From an uncultured Pseudomonadota bacterium (lineage in GTDB: Bacteria; Myxococcota_A; UBA796; JAFGLY01): a stretch of 64,000 nucleotides of DNA. Location: assembly GCA_937912125.1 (NCBI GenBank), contig CALDOK010000076.1, forward strand, positions 1,592 to 65,591. Direction: 5' to 3'. Shown one piece after another: positions 28,903 through 40,115 of this stretch. Position 1 is the first letter of the stretch, and every line of letters starts with the position of its first letter. The notes below the pieces were generated by a model that was not told the origin of the DNA, made no database searches, and worked only from the letters and a program-made list of their open reading frames with translations. Made by a program: the position numbers and the translations under genes.

Positions 28903-28941
28903 GGCCGCGTCCGGGCCCACCCGGGCCGAAGACCCTGATCC

Positions 28942-30210
28942 TCAGCCCGCCAGCAGCTCCCGATACTCCTGGATGGCCGCCTCCTGGGCCTCGAGTCGAA
29001 CCCGGTCCAGCTCCCCTTGGTGGCTGCGCGCGAGCTTGACCAGGCGGGGGTCCAGCGCTCCCTGCTGGGCCATGTCCCCCAGGATGTCCAGGGCTCTCTC
29101 CGTACCCATGCCATCGCGGTAGGGACGATCCTCGGTCAGGGCCACGAACACGTCGGCCACGGCCATGATGCGGGACCCCATGCTGATGTCCCTGCCGCCG
29201 ATGTGGAAGGGATACCCCCTGCCATCGAGCCGCTCGTGGTGGTAGGCCGCCCACTCGGCGATCACCTCGAAGTCCCGGATGGGCCGCAGTGCCCGCCAGG
29301 TGGAGTAGGTGTGGCTGCGTATGAGGTTGAACTCGGCCTCGCTCAGCTTGGCGGGCTTCTCGAGCACCTCGGCGGGCACCGCCAGCTTGCCCAGATCGTG
29401 CAGCAGGCCCGCGGCCCGCATCAGCGCCTGCTCGCGGGGGCTGAAGCCTGCGTGGCGCGCCAGGAACTCCGCGGTGGCCGCCACCCCCGCCGAGTGGGAG
29501 GCGGTGAAGCGCGACCTGAAGTCGATGAGCCGCGCGAAGAACGCCGCCAGCTCGAACACCCCCTGCATGTCGAGCTCGACGGCCTCGTCACCCAGCCGAC
29601 GACGGATCTCGCCGCCCAGGGTCGGGGAGACCAGGTCGAGCCACAGGGATTCCTGACGCGCCAAGGCTTCGAAGGTTTCCACCAGCCCAGGGTGGAACAG
29701 TCGCCCCGCCTCCCCCCGGATCCGCGCGGCGATCCCGGCGACCTGCCCCAGGACCTCCGCGCCCCGGTCCACCAGCACAGCGATGCGGTCGGCCAGGTGC
29801 AGGATGTGCGCCTCGATGGGCTCGTCACCCGGCGCCGAGCGGTGCCCCCACACCGCATGGTGGCCGCCTACGATGGGGGCCAGGTCACTCAGCAGCGAGA
29901 AGGTTCCGAGCAGGCGAGCACCCATCCGCGCGTGGTCCTGGAGCCCCTCCGCCTCGAACTCCAGCACCCCCAGGCGCTCGCTGACGGTCATACCGCCCAG
30001 ATCGTGCAGAGCCCCCGCCACGATGCAAGTGCGCTGACGCTCCCGCCCGAGCCCGTGGGCTTCGGCGATGCGAGCGGCCAGGTAGGCCACCTGCTTGTGG
30101 TGGTTGCTCAGCGCAGGGCTGACCATGTCCACCGTGTCGGAGATGCACATGATGAGATCGAAGGTCGAGATTCGGTAAGAGCGCAGCATCGTCCAACAGT
30201 CCTCCCACAA
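28942..30210 (-). CDS. Tandem HD / HD-GYP domain protein (putative c-di-GMP phosphodiesterase or sensor)
   Basis: Two HD modules: ...HHKQVAYLAARIAEAHGL...GALHDLG... and ...HSAGVAATAEFLARHAGF...LLHDLGKLAVP...HHERLDGRGYP (HD-GYP signature). True start may be an internal M (aa 8, 21 or 29). Confidence 0.85.
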   Translation of the reverse strand: MWEDCWTMLRSYRISTFDLIMCISDTVDMVSPALSNHHKQVAYLAARIAEAHGLGRERQRTCIVAGALHDLGGMTVSERLGVLEFEAEGLQDHARMGARLLGTFSLLSDLAPIVGGHHAVWGHRSAPGDEPIEAHILHLADRIAVLVDRGAEVLGQVAGIAARIRGEAGRLFHPGLVETFEALARQESLWLDLVSPTLGGEIRRRLGDEAVELDMQGVFELAAFFARLIDFRSRFTASHSAGVAATAEFLARHAGFSPREQALMRAAGLLHDLGKLAVPAEVLEKPAKLSEAEFNLIRSHTYSTWRALRPIRDFEVIAEWAAYHHERLDGRGYPFHIGGRDISMGSRIMAVADVFVALTEDRPYRDGMGTERALDILGDMAQQGALDPRLVKLARSHQGELDRVRLEAQEAAIQEYRELLAG

Positions 30211-30255
30211 AGCGGCACACGGTGCCTATCCCACAAGGCACACCCGCGGCCTCGC

Positions 30256-31054
30256 TCACGGGGTCGTCTGGACCCTTTTGGGTACCTTTCGGGTATTCCA
30301 CGGTACCCCTTCTGAGCTCGACAGGTGGACGCGGGTTCGCCACTGGGCGGTGATCTCCAGGCTGTCTCCGTCCACCCGTGCCGCGTCCATGTCGGTCATC
30401 ACGTGGGCCTGGGTCCACTGTCCGCGGAGGTGGGGTCGTCGTTCATGGCCCGCAGCACGGGCAACAAGCCGAGAACAGGGTGGCCCCATTGACCCACACC
30501 AGGCGCAGATCCGCCACCGCGGAGTCGGTCGGCGCCAAGCCAGCAGCCCGCCCAGGCCCAGCTGTCGGGCCAAGGGGCCCGACCGGCGGCTATCGAGCCC
30601 TGTGGGACGGTCCACCCCGGCCCAGCAGCAGCGCCAGCGCCACGGGCCTGTCGGGATCGTCGGAATCGACGACCACATAGTCCTCGTGGTCGCCAGGCCC
30701 GGAAGGCCTGAAGAACGCAGAGAAGTGGGTGCAGGCCTGCGGCGGGACCAGCACGGACTCGGGGAGCCCGAAGCTGAACGACCCTGCATTCTCTTCCAGC
30801 TCGATGTTCTGGATGTGCAGGTCGGCGTCACCGAGGTTGCAGATCTCGAGATCCTTGCTCACCTCGCTCGGAGGCGTCAGGTCCACCAAGCCGAAGTCCA
30901 GCTCGCCCGGCTATAGGGTGATGTCAGGCACCCTCCCGTTATCGATGTCGCCGTCGATGTGATGCTCGGAGGGGCTCGCTGGAGGCGGTCCACACGCCAC
31001 GCTCCAGCACAGCAGCGCAGGGGTCACATAGCTGCGACAGGGTCGGCGCTTCAT
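30256..31054 (-). pseudogene. Disrupted lipoprotein gene (choice-of-anchor-D / DUF1573-like beta-sandwich fragment) with in-frame stop and frameshift
   Basis: Minus-strand translation from the ATG at 31054 gives MKRRPCRSYVTPALLCWSVACGPP...DITL then TAG, then PGELDFGLVDLTPPSEVSKDLEICNLGDADLHIQNIELEENAGSFSFGLPESV... The frame is then lost near 30600, and only a second frame continues to 30256. Local GC about 58-60% versus ~70% elsewhere. Confidence 0.4.
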
Positions 31055-31316
31055 GGCAGCTCCAGGGTTGAGACAGATCTGTGCGACGGAGTCGTCGGAA
31101 CGATCACCTGCGCGCGGTCGGTCGGGCAGGACTCCCTCGGCCTCGACACCGCCGGCTGCCCGCCCTCCCGAGCTTGGTTCCCAGCCCGCCCGGTGGAATA
31201 GCCCACGGCAGCGCCGCGTACATGGGGCGCCTACGGCGCCATTCGTTGCGCCGCTGGCGGAGGCGGCTACGTTCCCCTCCGATCCTCACCCCGTTCTCGA
31301 CCGCAGGAGAGCAACC

Positions 31317-32684
31317 ATGGGCCTCTGGGACACCCTCAAGACTCACGCCGGCGCACAGTTCCTCGATGTCATCCAGTGGCTGGACGACAGCCGCGACACC
31401 CTGGTCTACCGCTACCCCATCATGAACCAGGCCATCCAGGACGGCGGCAAGCTGGTCGTGCGCGAGGGCCAGGCGGCCATCTTCGTCGCCGAAGGCCGCT
31501 TCTCCGAGTGCTTCGGCCCGGGTTCCTACGAGCTGTCCACCCGCACCAAGGCCATCTGGGGCTTCTTCGAGACCATCAAGTACGCCCTGAACTACCCGTA
31601 CAAGGGCGACATCTACTTCGTGAACACCCGCCAGTTCCCGGACCAGAAGTGGGGCACCCCCCAGCCCCTGCCGGTGCGCGACCCCGAGTTCGGCTCCATC
31701 CAGATCCGGGCCTTCGGCATCTACCAGTACCGCATCACCGATCCGGTCAAGTTCCTGCGCGAGGTGGTGGGCACCGACGGCCTGTTCACCACCGATGAGA
31801 TCAACGGGCAGCTCAAGCGCAAGGTGCTGTCGGTCTTCGCCGCCCTGCTGCGCGACGCCAAGATCCCCTTCGACATGCTGGTGGGCGCTGGCCTCGAGCT
31901 GGCCGAGGCCCTGAAGGAAAAGATCACGCCCATCTTCGAGGAGTCCTACGGCATCGCCGTCACCGACTTCACCGTCGATGGCGTCACCCTGCCCCCCAAG
32001 GTCCAGGAGTACTACGAGAAGCGTCAGGGCATGGGCATCCTGGGCGATCTGAACGCCTACACCCGCCTGCAGCAGGCCGACGCCATCGGCGACGCCGCCC
32101 GCAACACGGGCATCGGCGGGGCCGGCGTGGGCATGGGCGTGGGCTGGGCCATGGGCCAGCAGATCGGCGGCGCCATGTCGGGTCCTCAGCAAGGTGGCGG
32201 CCAGTTCAACCCCCACCAGGGCCTTCAGGGCGGCGGCGCTCCCCCTCCTCCCCCTCCAGGGCTGGCCAAGCTGCACTACAACGGCGACGCCGGCAGCGGC
32301 GAGTACACCGCTCAGGAGATCGCCCAGATCGTGGCCAACAACCGCACGGGCACCCACCACGTGTGGGCCCAGGGCTGGCCGGGCTGGAAGCCGTGGTCCG
32401 AGGTCCCTGAGATCGTCCGGGCCGTGCCGCCCGCCCCTCCCCCTCCTCCGCCCTCGGCCAGCCAGCCCTTCCACTACCTGGGCGCGGGCGAACAGGCTGA
32501 GCAGCTGCCAGCCGCCGAGATCGCCAAGCGCGTGCTGGCCGACCCCACCGGTCGTCACCTGGTGTGGCGCCTCGAGCTGGGTGGCTGGAAGCCCGCCACC
32601 GAGGTCGGCGAGATCGCCGCGCAGCTCAACGCCGGCGGCCCGCCGCCCCCTCCGGGCTCGATGCCGCCTCCCCCGCCGGCCTAG
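31317..32684 (+). CDS. SPFH/band-7 domain protein with two C-terminal GYF-like (DUF4339-like) domains
   Basis: Internal M with RBS AGGAGAGCAACC gives MGLWDTLKTHAGAQFLDVIQWLDD...YELSTRTKAIWGFFETIKYALN... (SPFH/COG4260-like). C-terminus has Gly/Pro-rich linkers and two copies of ...HVWAQGWPGWKPWSEVPEI / ...LVWRLELGGWKPATEVGEI. Confidence 0.8.
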   Translation: MGLWDTLKTHAGAQFLDVIQWLDDSRDTLVYRYPIMNQAIQDGGKLVVREGQAAIFVAEGRFSECFGPGSYELSTRTKAIWGFFETIKYALNYPYKGDIYFVNTRQFPDQKWGTPQPLPVRDPEFGSIQIRAFGIYQYRITDPVKFLREVVGTDGLFTTDEINGQLKRKVLSVFAALLRDAKIPFDMLVGAGLELAEALKEKITPIFEESYGIAVTDFTVDGVTLPPKVQEYYEKRQGMGILGDLNAYTRLQQADAIGDAARNTGIGGAGVGMGVGWAMGQQIGGAMSGPQQGGGQFNPHQGLQGGGAPPPPPPGLAKLHYNGDAGSGEYTAQEIAQIVANNRTGTHHVWAQGWPGWKPWSEVPEIVRAVPPAPPPPPPSASQPFHYLGAGEQAEQLPAAEIAKRVLADPTGRHLVWRLELGGWKPATEVGEIAAQLNAGGPPPPPGSMPPPPPA

Positions 32685-32873
32685 CAGCCCCGATCTCCGC
32701 ACGCCCACGCCCGCCCCGAGCGCGGCGTGGGTGTCGTGCATCGGGCCTCACGCAGCGCGCGCCCCGGGGAGACAACGCGACATCTCCGGGCTTATTTCCT
32801 GGCTTTTCACCATCTTTCAGAGCCTGGCACACGCCTTGCAAAAGCGACAGGCGACCCCAACCGGAGAGCCACC

Positions 32874-33317
32874 ATGTCCCGCATCGCCTTCCTCGCCGTC
32901 AGCACCCTCGCCCTGACCCTCACCATCGCCGGCTGCGAGCTGGGCGGCGAGGGTCCCAGCTCGGGCGCCTTCACCATCATCACCGGCGACTGCGAGGGCG
33001 ACGGCTACGGCAAGGACATGGACACCGGCTCGCCCGACCCCACGGCCGTCTGGGCCGAGGCCGACGGCCGCGACGCCGTCCTGCACCTGGACAACCTGCT
33101 GGCCAACTGCTGCCCCAGCGCCGACGCCACCGTCACCATCGACGGCACGGACATCCTGGTGGAGTTCGAAGACGTGACCACCGAGGACCCCTGCGACTGC
33201 ATGTGCGTGACGGACTTCCTGATCACCATCGAAGATCTCGACCCGGGCGCCTACACCATCGAGGTGGACTACGACGGCAGCATCATCGGCGACGCCGAGG
33301 TGGAGATCGAGGCATAG
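32874..33317 (+). CDS. Small hypothetical lipoprotein
   Basis: Internal M gives MSRIAFLAVSTLALTLTIAGC (lipobox). Acidic Cys-containing body (CEGDGYG, CDCMC). Confidence 0.55.
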   Translation: MSRIAFLAVSTLALTLTIAGCELGGEGPSSGAFTIITGDCEGDGYGKDMDTGSPDPTAVWAEADGRDAVLHLDNLLANCCPSADATVTIDGTDILVEFEDVTTEDPCDCMCVTDFLITIEDLDPGAYTIEVDYDGSIIGDAEVEIEA

Positions 33318-33463
33318 CCTCGGCTCGAGGGCTGCCTGACCGTTTCTTTTCTTTTCCGCCTCCACGCGGGAAGCCCGCCTTGACCCTGGCATGGCGGAAA
33401 GACAGGCAGCCACGGCCAAGTCGCCGGGTCAAGCGCCACTGTTCAGGAACCGATGGGCCCGAT

Positions 33464-34633
33464 GTGACCCGGGTCCCGACCCGAGCATCCCGAGCCATCC
33501 GTTGCCGCCTCCTGGGCAGCGCCGGTTTCTGCCCAGGGGGCGCCTTGACCAAACCTCCACCCCTCTTGGACACGCCCTTCCCCCAGTCCCCTGAGGACAC
33601 CCAGCGGGAAACTGCCCTGCGCGACCTCATCAAGCTGGGCGCCGTGGCCTCCTACCTGGGCAGGGGCGAGCACCCACGGCGCGTCCTGGGCTTGGCGCTG
33701 GGCATGGTGCTGGATCTGACGGGGGGCACCACCGTGGCGTTGCTGGTGGATGACCGGGTGCTGGAGGCGCTGGCCAGCCCCCTCGAGCGCAGCCTGGGCC
33801 AGATGGACTTCGGGGAGCGCAGCCGCCTGGTGGCCCGCGGCCCCGTGGCCGATCGGATCCGTGACTGGGAGGGCTCGAGCGCGCCGGTGCTGTCACTCGA
33901 GGGCGCCGACCTCGTGATCCCGGGCTCCGGCGGCGGGCTCGAGGTGCAGGAGCCCGACTGCGGCGCGCTGGGGGAACCCGGGCGCGTGGTCCTGCTGCAC
34001 ACCCTCACCGATCTGTGTACCGGCTTGGCCATGCTGGCGGCCAAGCAGGTGGAGTCCGAGCAGCGAGCGCGCGCCCTGGTGGAGACCCGCGCACGCTTCC
34101 GGGAGCAAAACCTGCTGCTGCGTGAGCTGGCCGTGGTGGACGAGCTGACGGGCCTGTACAACCGCCGCTTCTTCGACGGGCGCCTGCAGTATGAGCTCGA
34201 CCGCCTGGGGCGCTACGGCTCTCCCCTGTCCCTGTTGGTGATGGACATCGATCACTTCAAGGCGGTCAACGATCAGCACGGCCACCCGGTGGGCGACGAG
34301 GTGCTGCGGCAGCTGGCCAGCCGCTGCAAGGCCATGATCCGCCGCGTGGATCTGCTGGCCAGGATCGGCGGCGAGGAGTTCGCGCTGCTGATGCCATGCA
34401 CTGGCGGCGAGGGTGCCATGGCGGTGGCGGGCCGCTTGCTGGCCACCGTCGCCAGCCCGCCCTTCGCCCTGGGCGAACTGGCCCTTCCGCTGACCATCTC
34501 CATCGGCCTGGCGACCGTCGCCGGGGGCTGGCAGGGTGACGCCGCTCAGATCTTCCGCGCCGCGGACCAGGCGTTGTACCGCGCCAAGCTCGACGGGCGA
34601 AATCGCGTCGTGGTAGCTATGAAGACAGCATGA
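33464..34633 (+). CDS. Diguanylate cyclase (GGDEF) with N-terminal GAF-like sensory domain
   Basis: C-terminal VDELTGLYNRRFFDGRL...LLVMDIDHFKAVNDQHGHPVGDEVL...RIGGEEFALLMP. Start uncertain (GTG 33464 or TTG 33566), with no in-frame ATG before the domain. Confidence 0.75.
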   Translation: MTRVPTRASRAIRCRLLGSAGFCPGGALTKPPPLLDTPFPQSPEDTQRETALRDLIKLGAVASYLGRGEHPRRVLGLALGMVLDLTGGTTVALLVDDRVLEALASPLERSLGQMDFGERSRLVARGPVADRIRDWEGSSAPVLSLEGADLVIPGSGGGLEVQEPDCGALGEPGRVVLLHTLTDLCTGLAMLAAKQVESEQRARALVETRARFREQNLLLRELAVVDELTGLYNRRFFDGRLQYELDRLGRYGSPLSLLVMDIDHFKAVNDQHGHPVGDEVLRQLASRCKAMIRRVDLLARIGGEEFALLMPCTGGEGAMAVAGRLLATVASPPFALGELALPLTISIGLATVAGGWQGDAAQIFRAADQALYRAKLDGRNRVVVAMKTA

Positions 34634-35490
34634 GCACCTCCGACGGATTCAGCGACAAGGTCATCGGCGCCCGCCTGGCGCGGGCGGATGATCTGGGCGT
34701 GTTCCCTCCAGCTGCGGTCCGCATCCTGAGGGTGGTGGACGATCCGCGCACCAACCTCGTGGACCTCGAGAAGGCCGTCTCCATGGACCCGGTGCTCACA
34801 GCCCAGGTCCTCAAGGTCGCCAACTCGGCCTACTTCGGGCTGGCCCGCACTGTGGGCAGCCTGCGCCAGGCGCTGTTCGTGCTGGGCTTCCGCACCGTGC
34901 GCTCGATGGCCCTGTCCCTGGCGGCGATGACCATGGGCGCCACCGAGGGCCCCTGGCGGCGCAGGGTCTGGCGCCGCAGCATCCGCACCTGCCACGCCAT
35001 GCGCCACCTGGGCACCCACGTGGACTGGGACGACTACGCCGAGCCCTTCGCTGTAGGCCTGCTCCACAAGATCGGCATGCTGCTGCTGCTGGTGCTCGAG
35101 GAGAAGACCTACGTCGACATGCTCGAGCGGATGCGCTGGGGCTCCCCCGAGCTGCTCGAGAAAGAGGCCCACTTCTTCGGCTTCGACCACATCCTGCTCG
35201 GCGCGGCCTGCCTCGAGCGCTGGAACCTGCCCGAGGAAGTCTGCCTGGCGGTCCGCCATCAAGAAAACCCCGACGCCCTGGCCGGCCAGGATGACCCCCA
35301 GCTGCTCGCCAGGATGCTGTGGATCGCTACGCGCATGGAGCGTCGCCTTTCCACCCAGGAAGGCGCCGACACCATCGCGGTGGCCCTGGCCGCCACCCCC
35401 GTGGCCCAGCAGATGGGCCTGAGCGTCGCCGTGTTGACCAACATCGCCGTGGCGGTCCGTCGCGAAGACGACGACATGTTCTCGCTGTAG
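34630..35490 (+). CDS. HDOD domain signalling protein
   Basis: FPPAAVRILRVVDDPRTNLVDLEKAVSMDPVLTAQVLKVANSAYFGL...LLHKIGMLLL. ATGA overlap with the GGDEF gene stop. Confidence 0.8.
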   Translation: MSTSDGFSDKVIGARLARADDLGVFPPAAVRILRVVDDPRTNLVDLEKAVSMDPVLTAQVLKVANSAYFGLARTVGSLRQALFVLGFRTVRSMALSLAAMTMGATEGPWRRRVWRRSIRTCHAMRHLGTHVDWDDYAEPFAVGLLHKIGMLLLLVLEEKTYVDMLERMRWGSPELLEKEAHFFGFDHILLGAACLERWNLPEEVCLAVRHQENPDALAGQDDPQLLARMLWIATRMERRLSTQEGADTIAVALAATPVAQQMGLSVAVLTNIAVAVRREDDDMFSL

Positions 35491-35588
35491 GGACGGCCAG
35501 AGGCCAGGGGTAGGGCTCCCACTCGTGGGCGCTGACCCAAGAAACTCGAAGTATGCTTCCTCATGCAAACGACCTGAGAGGAGGACGC

Positions 35589-36878
<1,290 letters not shown>

Positions 36879-36881
36879 TTC

Positions 36882-37271
36882 ATGGCCGCCCCCACCCTGC
36901 GCTTCATCAGCCTCTTCGTGCCCGAGCTCGAGGCCACCGCCGCCCGCTACACCGCCTTCCTGGGCGTTTCGCCGGTGCTGGACGACCCCGACGTACCCCG
37001 GGACCACCCCTACGCTGCAGGCCCGCCCCTGGTCTTCCCCCTGGGCCAGGTCAAGCTGGCGCTGTACCCCTGCGACGACCGCATCACCCACCCGGGCGAC
37101 GTGGCCCTGGGCCTGCACGCCGACGATCTCCCCGCCGTCATGGGCGCCGCCGAGGGGGCTGGTGCCAAGCTCTTTCCCCGCCGACCACCCATCGGCGACG
37201 GCCGCGAGCTGGGGGTCTTCGTGCTCCCCGACAAGCACTACTTCGAGGTGCTGGGTCCGAAGAGCGGCTAG
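36882..37271 (+). CDS. VOC (glyoxalase/bleomycin-resistance/dioxygenase) family protein
   Basis: 129 aa starting 4 nt after the radical SAM stop. LRFISLFVPELEATAARYTAFLGV...YFEVL pattern of the betaalphabetabetabeta VOC fold. Confidence 0.6.
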   Translation: MAAPTLRFISLFVPELEATAARYTAFLGVSPVLDDPDVPRDHPYAAGPPLVFPLGQVKLALYPCDDRITHPGDVALGLHADDLPAVMGAAEGAGAKLFPRRPPIGDGRELGVFVLPDKHYFEVLGPKSG

Positions 37272-38296
37272 CCGAACACCCCGTGCAGCGGCCGCCCGCA
37301 GCGGGCGCAGGCCGCGCCGTTCATCCTCCGCTCCCCCAGCTGGTAGCCCGCCCGCTCGATCAGCCGCTCCCCGCAGCCCGCACAGAAGGTGCTGGAGGCC
37401 TCGGGGTCGTAGACATTGCCCAGGTAGACGTGGTGCAGGCCGTGCTGCTGGGCGATGGTCCGGGCACGCTGCTGGGTGGCGTGGGGGGTGCGGGGTCTGT
37501 CGAGGAGCTTGTGGGCGGGGTGGAAGGCGCTGAAGTGTACGGGGACCTCAGGGCCCAGCTCCCCGGCAACGAAGGCGCACAGCGCCTCCAGCTCCGTGTC
37601 GCTGTCGTTCTCGCCCGGGATCAGCAGCGTGGTGAGCTCCAGCAGGATCGGCGTCTCCCGAGCCAGGTAGCGCAGGGTGTCCAGCACCGGGTCCAGCCGG
37701 GCTCCGCAGAGCCGCCGGTAGAACGAGTCTGAGAAGGACTTCAGATCGATGTTGGCTGCATCCATCACCCCGAAGAACGCCTCGCGGGGGCCCGGGCTGA
37801 CGTAGCCGGCGCTCACAGCCACCGCGCGAACCCCAGCCTCGCGACAAGCCAGAGCGGTGTCGATGGCGTACTCGGCGAAGATCAGCGGCTCGTTGTAGGT
37901 GAACGCCACCGACTCACAGCGCTCCCCGCCCGCCAGCCGAGCGATCTGCTCTGGGCTGGCGTGGGCCTGGGCCCGGTCGGCGCTGCGGGCCCTGGACAGA
38001 TCCCAGTTCTGGCAGAAGCGGCAGCCCAGGTTGCAGCCCGCGGTGCCGAACGAGAGCACGCGGCTGCCCGGCAGGAAGTGGTACAGTGGCTTCTTCTCGA
38101 TGGGATCCACCGCGAAGCCGCTCGAGCGGCCATAGGTGTCCAGCACCAGGCCGTCCTCGTCCGCCAGCCGCACGTAGCAGTAGCCTCGCTGGCCCGACTC
38201 GAGCTCGCAGGCCCGCGGGCACAGCTCACAACGAAAGCGGGACAGGGCGCCCGGTACGCGGCTCCACCAGCGCGCGGGATGGGGAGAGGAACCCAT
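37268..38296 (-). CDS. Radical SAM enzyme of the PFL-activase-like / AmmeMemoRadiSam family
   Basis: CELCPRACEL...GYCYVR N-terminal region. TAGCNLGCRFCQNW (CxxxCxxC). ...HVYLGNVYD...TFCAGCGERLIERAGY and C-terminal CARCGRPLHGVFG, typical of the TIGR04337-like family. Confidence 0.75.
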   Translation of the reverse strand: MGSSPHPARWWSRVPGALSRFRCELCPRACELESGQRGYCYVRLADEDGLVLDTYGRSSGFAVDPIEKKPLYHFLPGSRVLSFGTAGCNLGCRFCQNWDLSRARSADRAQAHASPEQIARLAGGERCESVAFTYNEPLIFAEYAIDTALACREAGVRAVAVSAGYVSPGPREAFFGVMDAANIDLKSFSDSFYRRLCGARLDPVLDTLRYLARETPILLELTTLLIPGENDSDTELEALCAFVAGELGPEVPVHFSAFHPAHKLLDRPRTPHATQQRARTIAQQHGLHHVYLGNVYDPEASSTFCAGCGERLIERAGYQLGERRMNGAACARCGRPLHGVFG

Positions 38297-38375
38297 GGCT
38301 CACCTCAGGGGTCGATGGTGCTCAGCGTAGCGCATCACACCGACCCCCACCGGGTCGGCTCCCGGTCCCCGACCC

Positions 38376-40115
38376 GTGATACGGAACCGCGACCCTTCCC
38401 TCTCCCCCGAGGCGCCCTTGCCCCCCATCCTCCTCCTCGCCCTCCTGCTCCCTGCCCAGGCCGCCGAGCCCTCTTCCCTCGAGGCCGCCCTCGACGCCGA
38501 GCTGGGCCGCGCCATGGCTGTCTTCGAGCAGCGCGGCGAGCCGCCATACTACGTGGCCGTGGCCGTGGAGGAGCGGGAGACCACCCGCATCGCCGCCACC
38601 GCGGGCACCATCCTGGACAGCGACAGCCAGCGCATCGCTCACCTGGACGTGGAGCTGCGCGTGGGCAGCCCCGAGCTGGACTCTACCCACCCGCTGCGGG
38701 GCATGAGCTCCCTGCGGGACGACGCCCGCCGCTCCCTCAACCTGCCCCTGGACCAGGACCAAGACTACGCCCTGCGCCACGCGGTGTGGAAGGAGCTCGA
38801 CGCCCGCTGGCGCGACGCCGTGGAACGGATCGTGGTGGTGCAGAGCAACCAGACGGTCAAGGTCGAGGAGGAGATCGTGGCCCCCGACTTCGAGCTTCGG
38901 GAGCCCACGGTCGACCGCCAGGAGGTGATCTTCGAGGGCGTCGACCTGGCCGCCTGGGAGCAGACCCTCGCGCGCGTCTCCGGCCGGCTGGATGCCAGCC
39001 CCCTGGTTCACCGCAGCCGCGCGGTGCTGCAGGTCGAGAACCTCCGCGAGACCTTCGTGGACACCGAAGGCTCCCGCATCGTCCACGGCGGCGCCTGGGT
39101 GCGCGTGGGCGTGTCCGTGGGGGCCACGGCCACCGACGGCGACGAGCTGAGCATCGACCGCATCCTCTCCTACCGCAGCGTCGACAAGCTCCCTGCCGAG
39201 GACGAGCTGCTGGCCCTGGCCGACCAGGCCAGGGATCTCCTGGTGGCGCAGCTCGAGGCCCCCCGCGGTGAGCCCTACAGCGGCCCGGTGCTGCTGGACG
39301 GCCGCGCCGCCGCCGTGTTCTTCCACGAGGTGCTCGGCCACCGGGTCGAGGGCCACCGCATGAAGCTCGACCACGAGGGCAAGACCTTCCTCGAGTACGT
39401 AGGCCGCCCCATCCTGCCCGAGTTCATCGACATCTACGACGACCCCACCCTGCCCGTCCTGGCCGGCGAACAGCTCAACGGCTTCTACGCCTACGACGAC
39501 GAGGGCGTGCCCGCCCAGCGCGCTGTGATCGTCGAGGACGGCGTCTTCCAGGGCTTCCTGATGGGCCGCTCCCCCCTGCCCGAGTTCCCCCACACCAACG
39601 GCCACGGCCGGCGCAGCAGCGGCAAGGCCCCCACCTCCCGCATGGGCAACACCATCGTCGAGGCCAGCCAGACCGTACCCAAGGACAAGCTGCGCACCAT
39701 GCTACTGGCCGAGGTCCGCGACCAGGGTCTCGAGTACGGCCTGTACATCGAGGAGATCGCCGGTGGCTTCACCATGACCGGCCGGGTGCTACCCAACGCC
39801 TTCAACGTCCGAGCCATCACCAGCTGGAAGGTCTACGCTGACGGCCGCCCCGACGAGCTCATCCGCGGAGTGGACCTGGTGGGCACCCCCCTGGTGGCCT
39901 TCGGCAACATCGTGGCCGCGGGCGACGATCAGGGCGTGTTCAACGGCACCTGCGGCGCCAGCTCCGGCTGGGTGCCCGTCTCGGCCGTCAGCCCCACCCT
40001 GCTGCTGCGGGAGGTGGAGCTGCAGCTCAAGGAGAAGGGCGAGGACCGGCCACCCCTGCTGCCCAAGCCCGAGGGTCCGCCCATGGGCGGCCAGGCCGCC
40101 GGAGGTGTGCGATGA
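38376..40115 (+). CDS. TldD-family metallopeptidase, secreted (signal peptide)
   Basis: N-terminal PILLLALLLPAQAAEP signal. HEVLGHRVEGH zinc-binding motif. Typical TldD length. Confidence 0.85.
   Translation: MIRNRDPSLSPEAPLPPILLLALLLPAQAAEPSSLEAALDAELGRAMAVFEQRGEPPYYVAVAVEERETTRIAATAGTILDSDSQRIAHLDVELRVGSPELDSTHPLRGMSSLRDDARRSLNLPLDQDQDYALRHAVWKELDARWRDAVERIVVVQSNQTVKVEEEIVAPDFELREPTVDRQEVIFEGVDLAAWEQTLARVSGRLDASPLVHRSRAVLQVENLRETFVDTEGSRIVHGGAWVRVGVSVGATATDGDELSIDRILSYRSVDKLPAEDELLALADQARDLLVAQLEAPRGEPYSGPVLLDGRAAAVFFHEVLGHRVEGHRMKLDHEGKTFLEYVGRPILPEFIDIYDDPTLPVLAGEQLNGFYAYDDEGVPAQRAVIVEDGVFQGFLMGRSPLPEFPHTNGHGRRSSGKAPTSRMGNTIVEASQTVPKDKLRTMLLAEVRDQGLEYGLYIEEIAGGFTMTGRVLPNAFNVRAITSWKVYADGRPDELIRGVDLVGTPLVAFGNIVAAGDDQGVFNGTCGASSGWVPVSAVSPTLLLREVELQLKEKGEDRPPLLPKPEGPPMGGQAAGGVR

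Noticed and set aside
23968-28920. 1650-aa minus-strand ORF
   Set aside because: It is antisense to pheT and to the Asp/Cys-repeat lipoprotein gene. The GAC/GAT-rich sense strand gives a stop-free Val/Ala/Gly-rich antisense frame, so this is an artefact.
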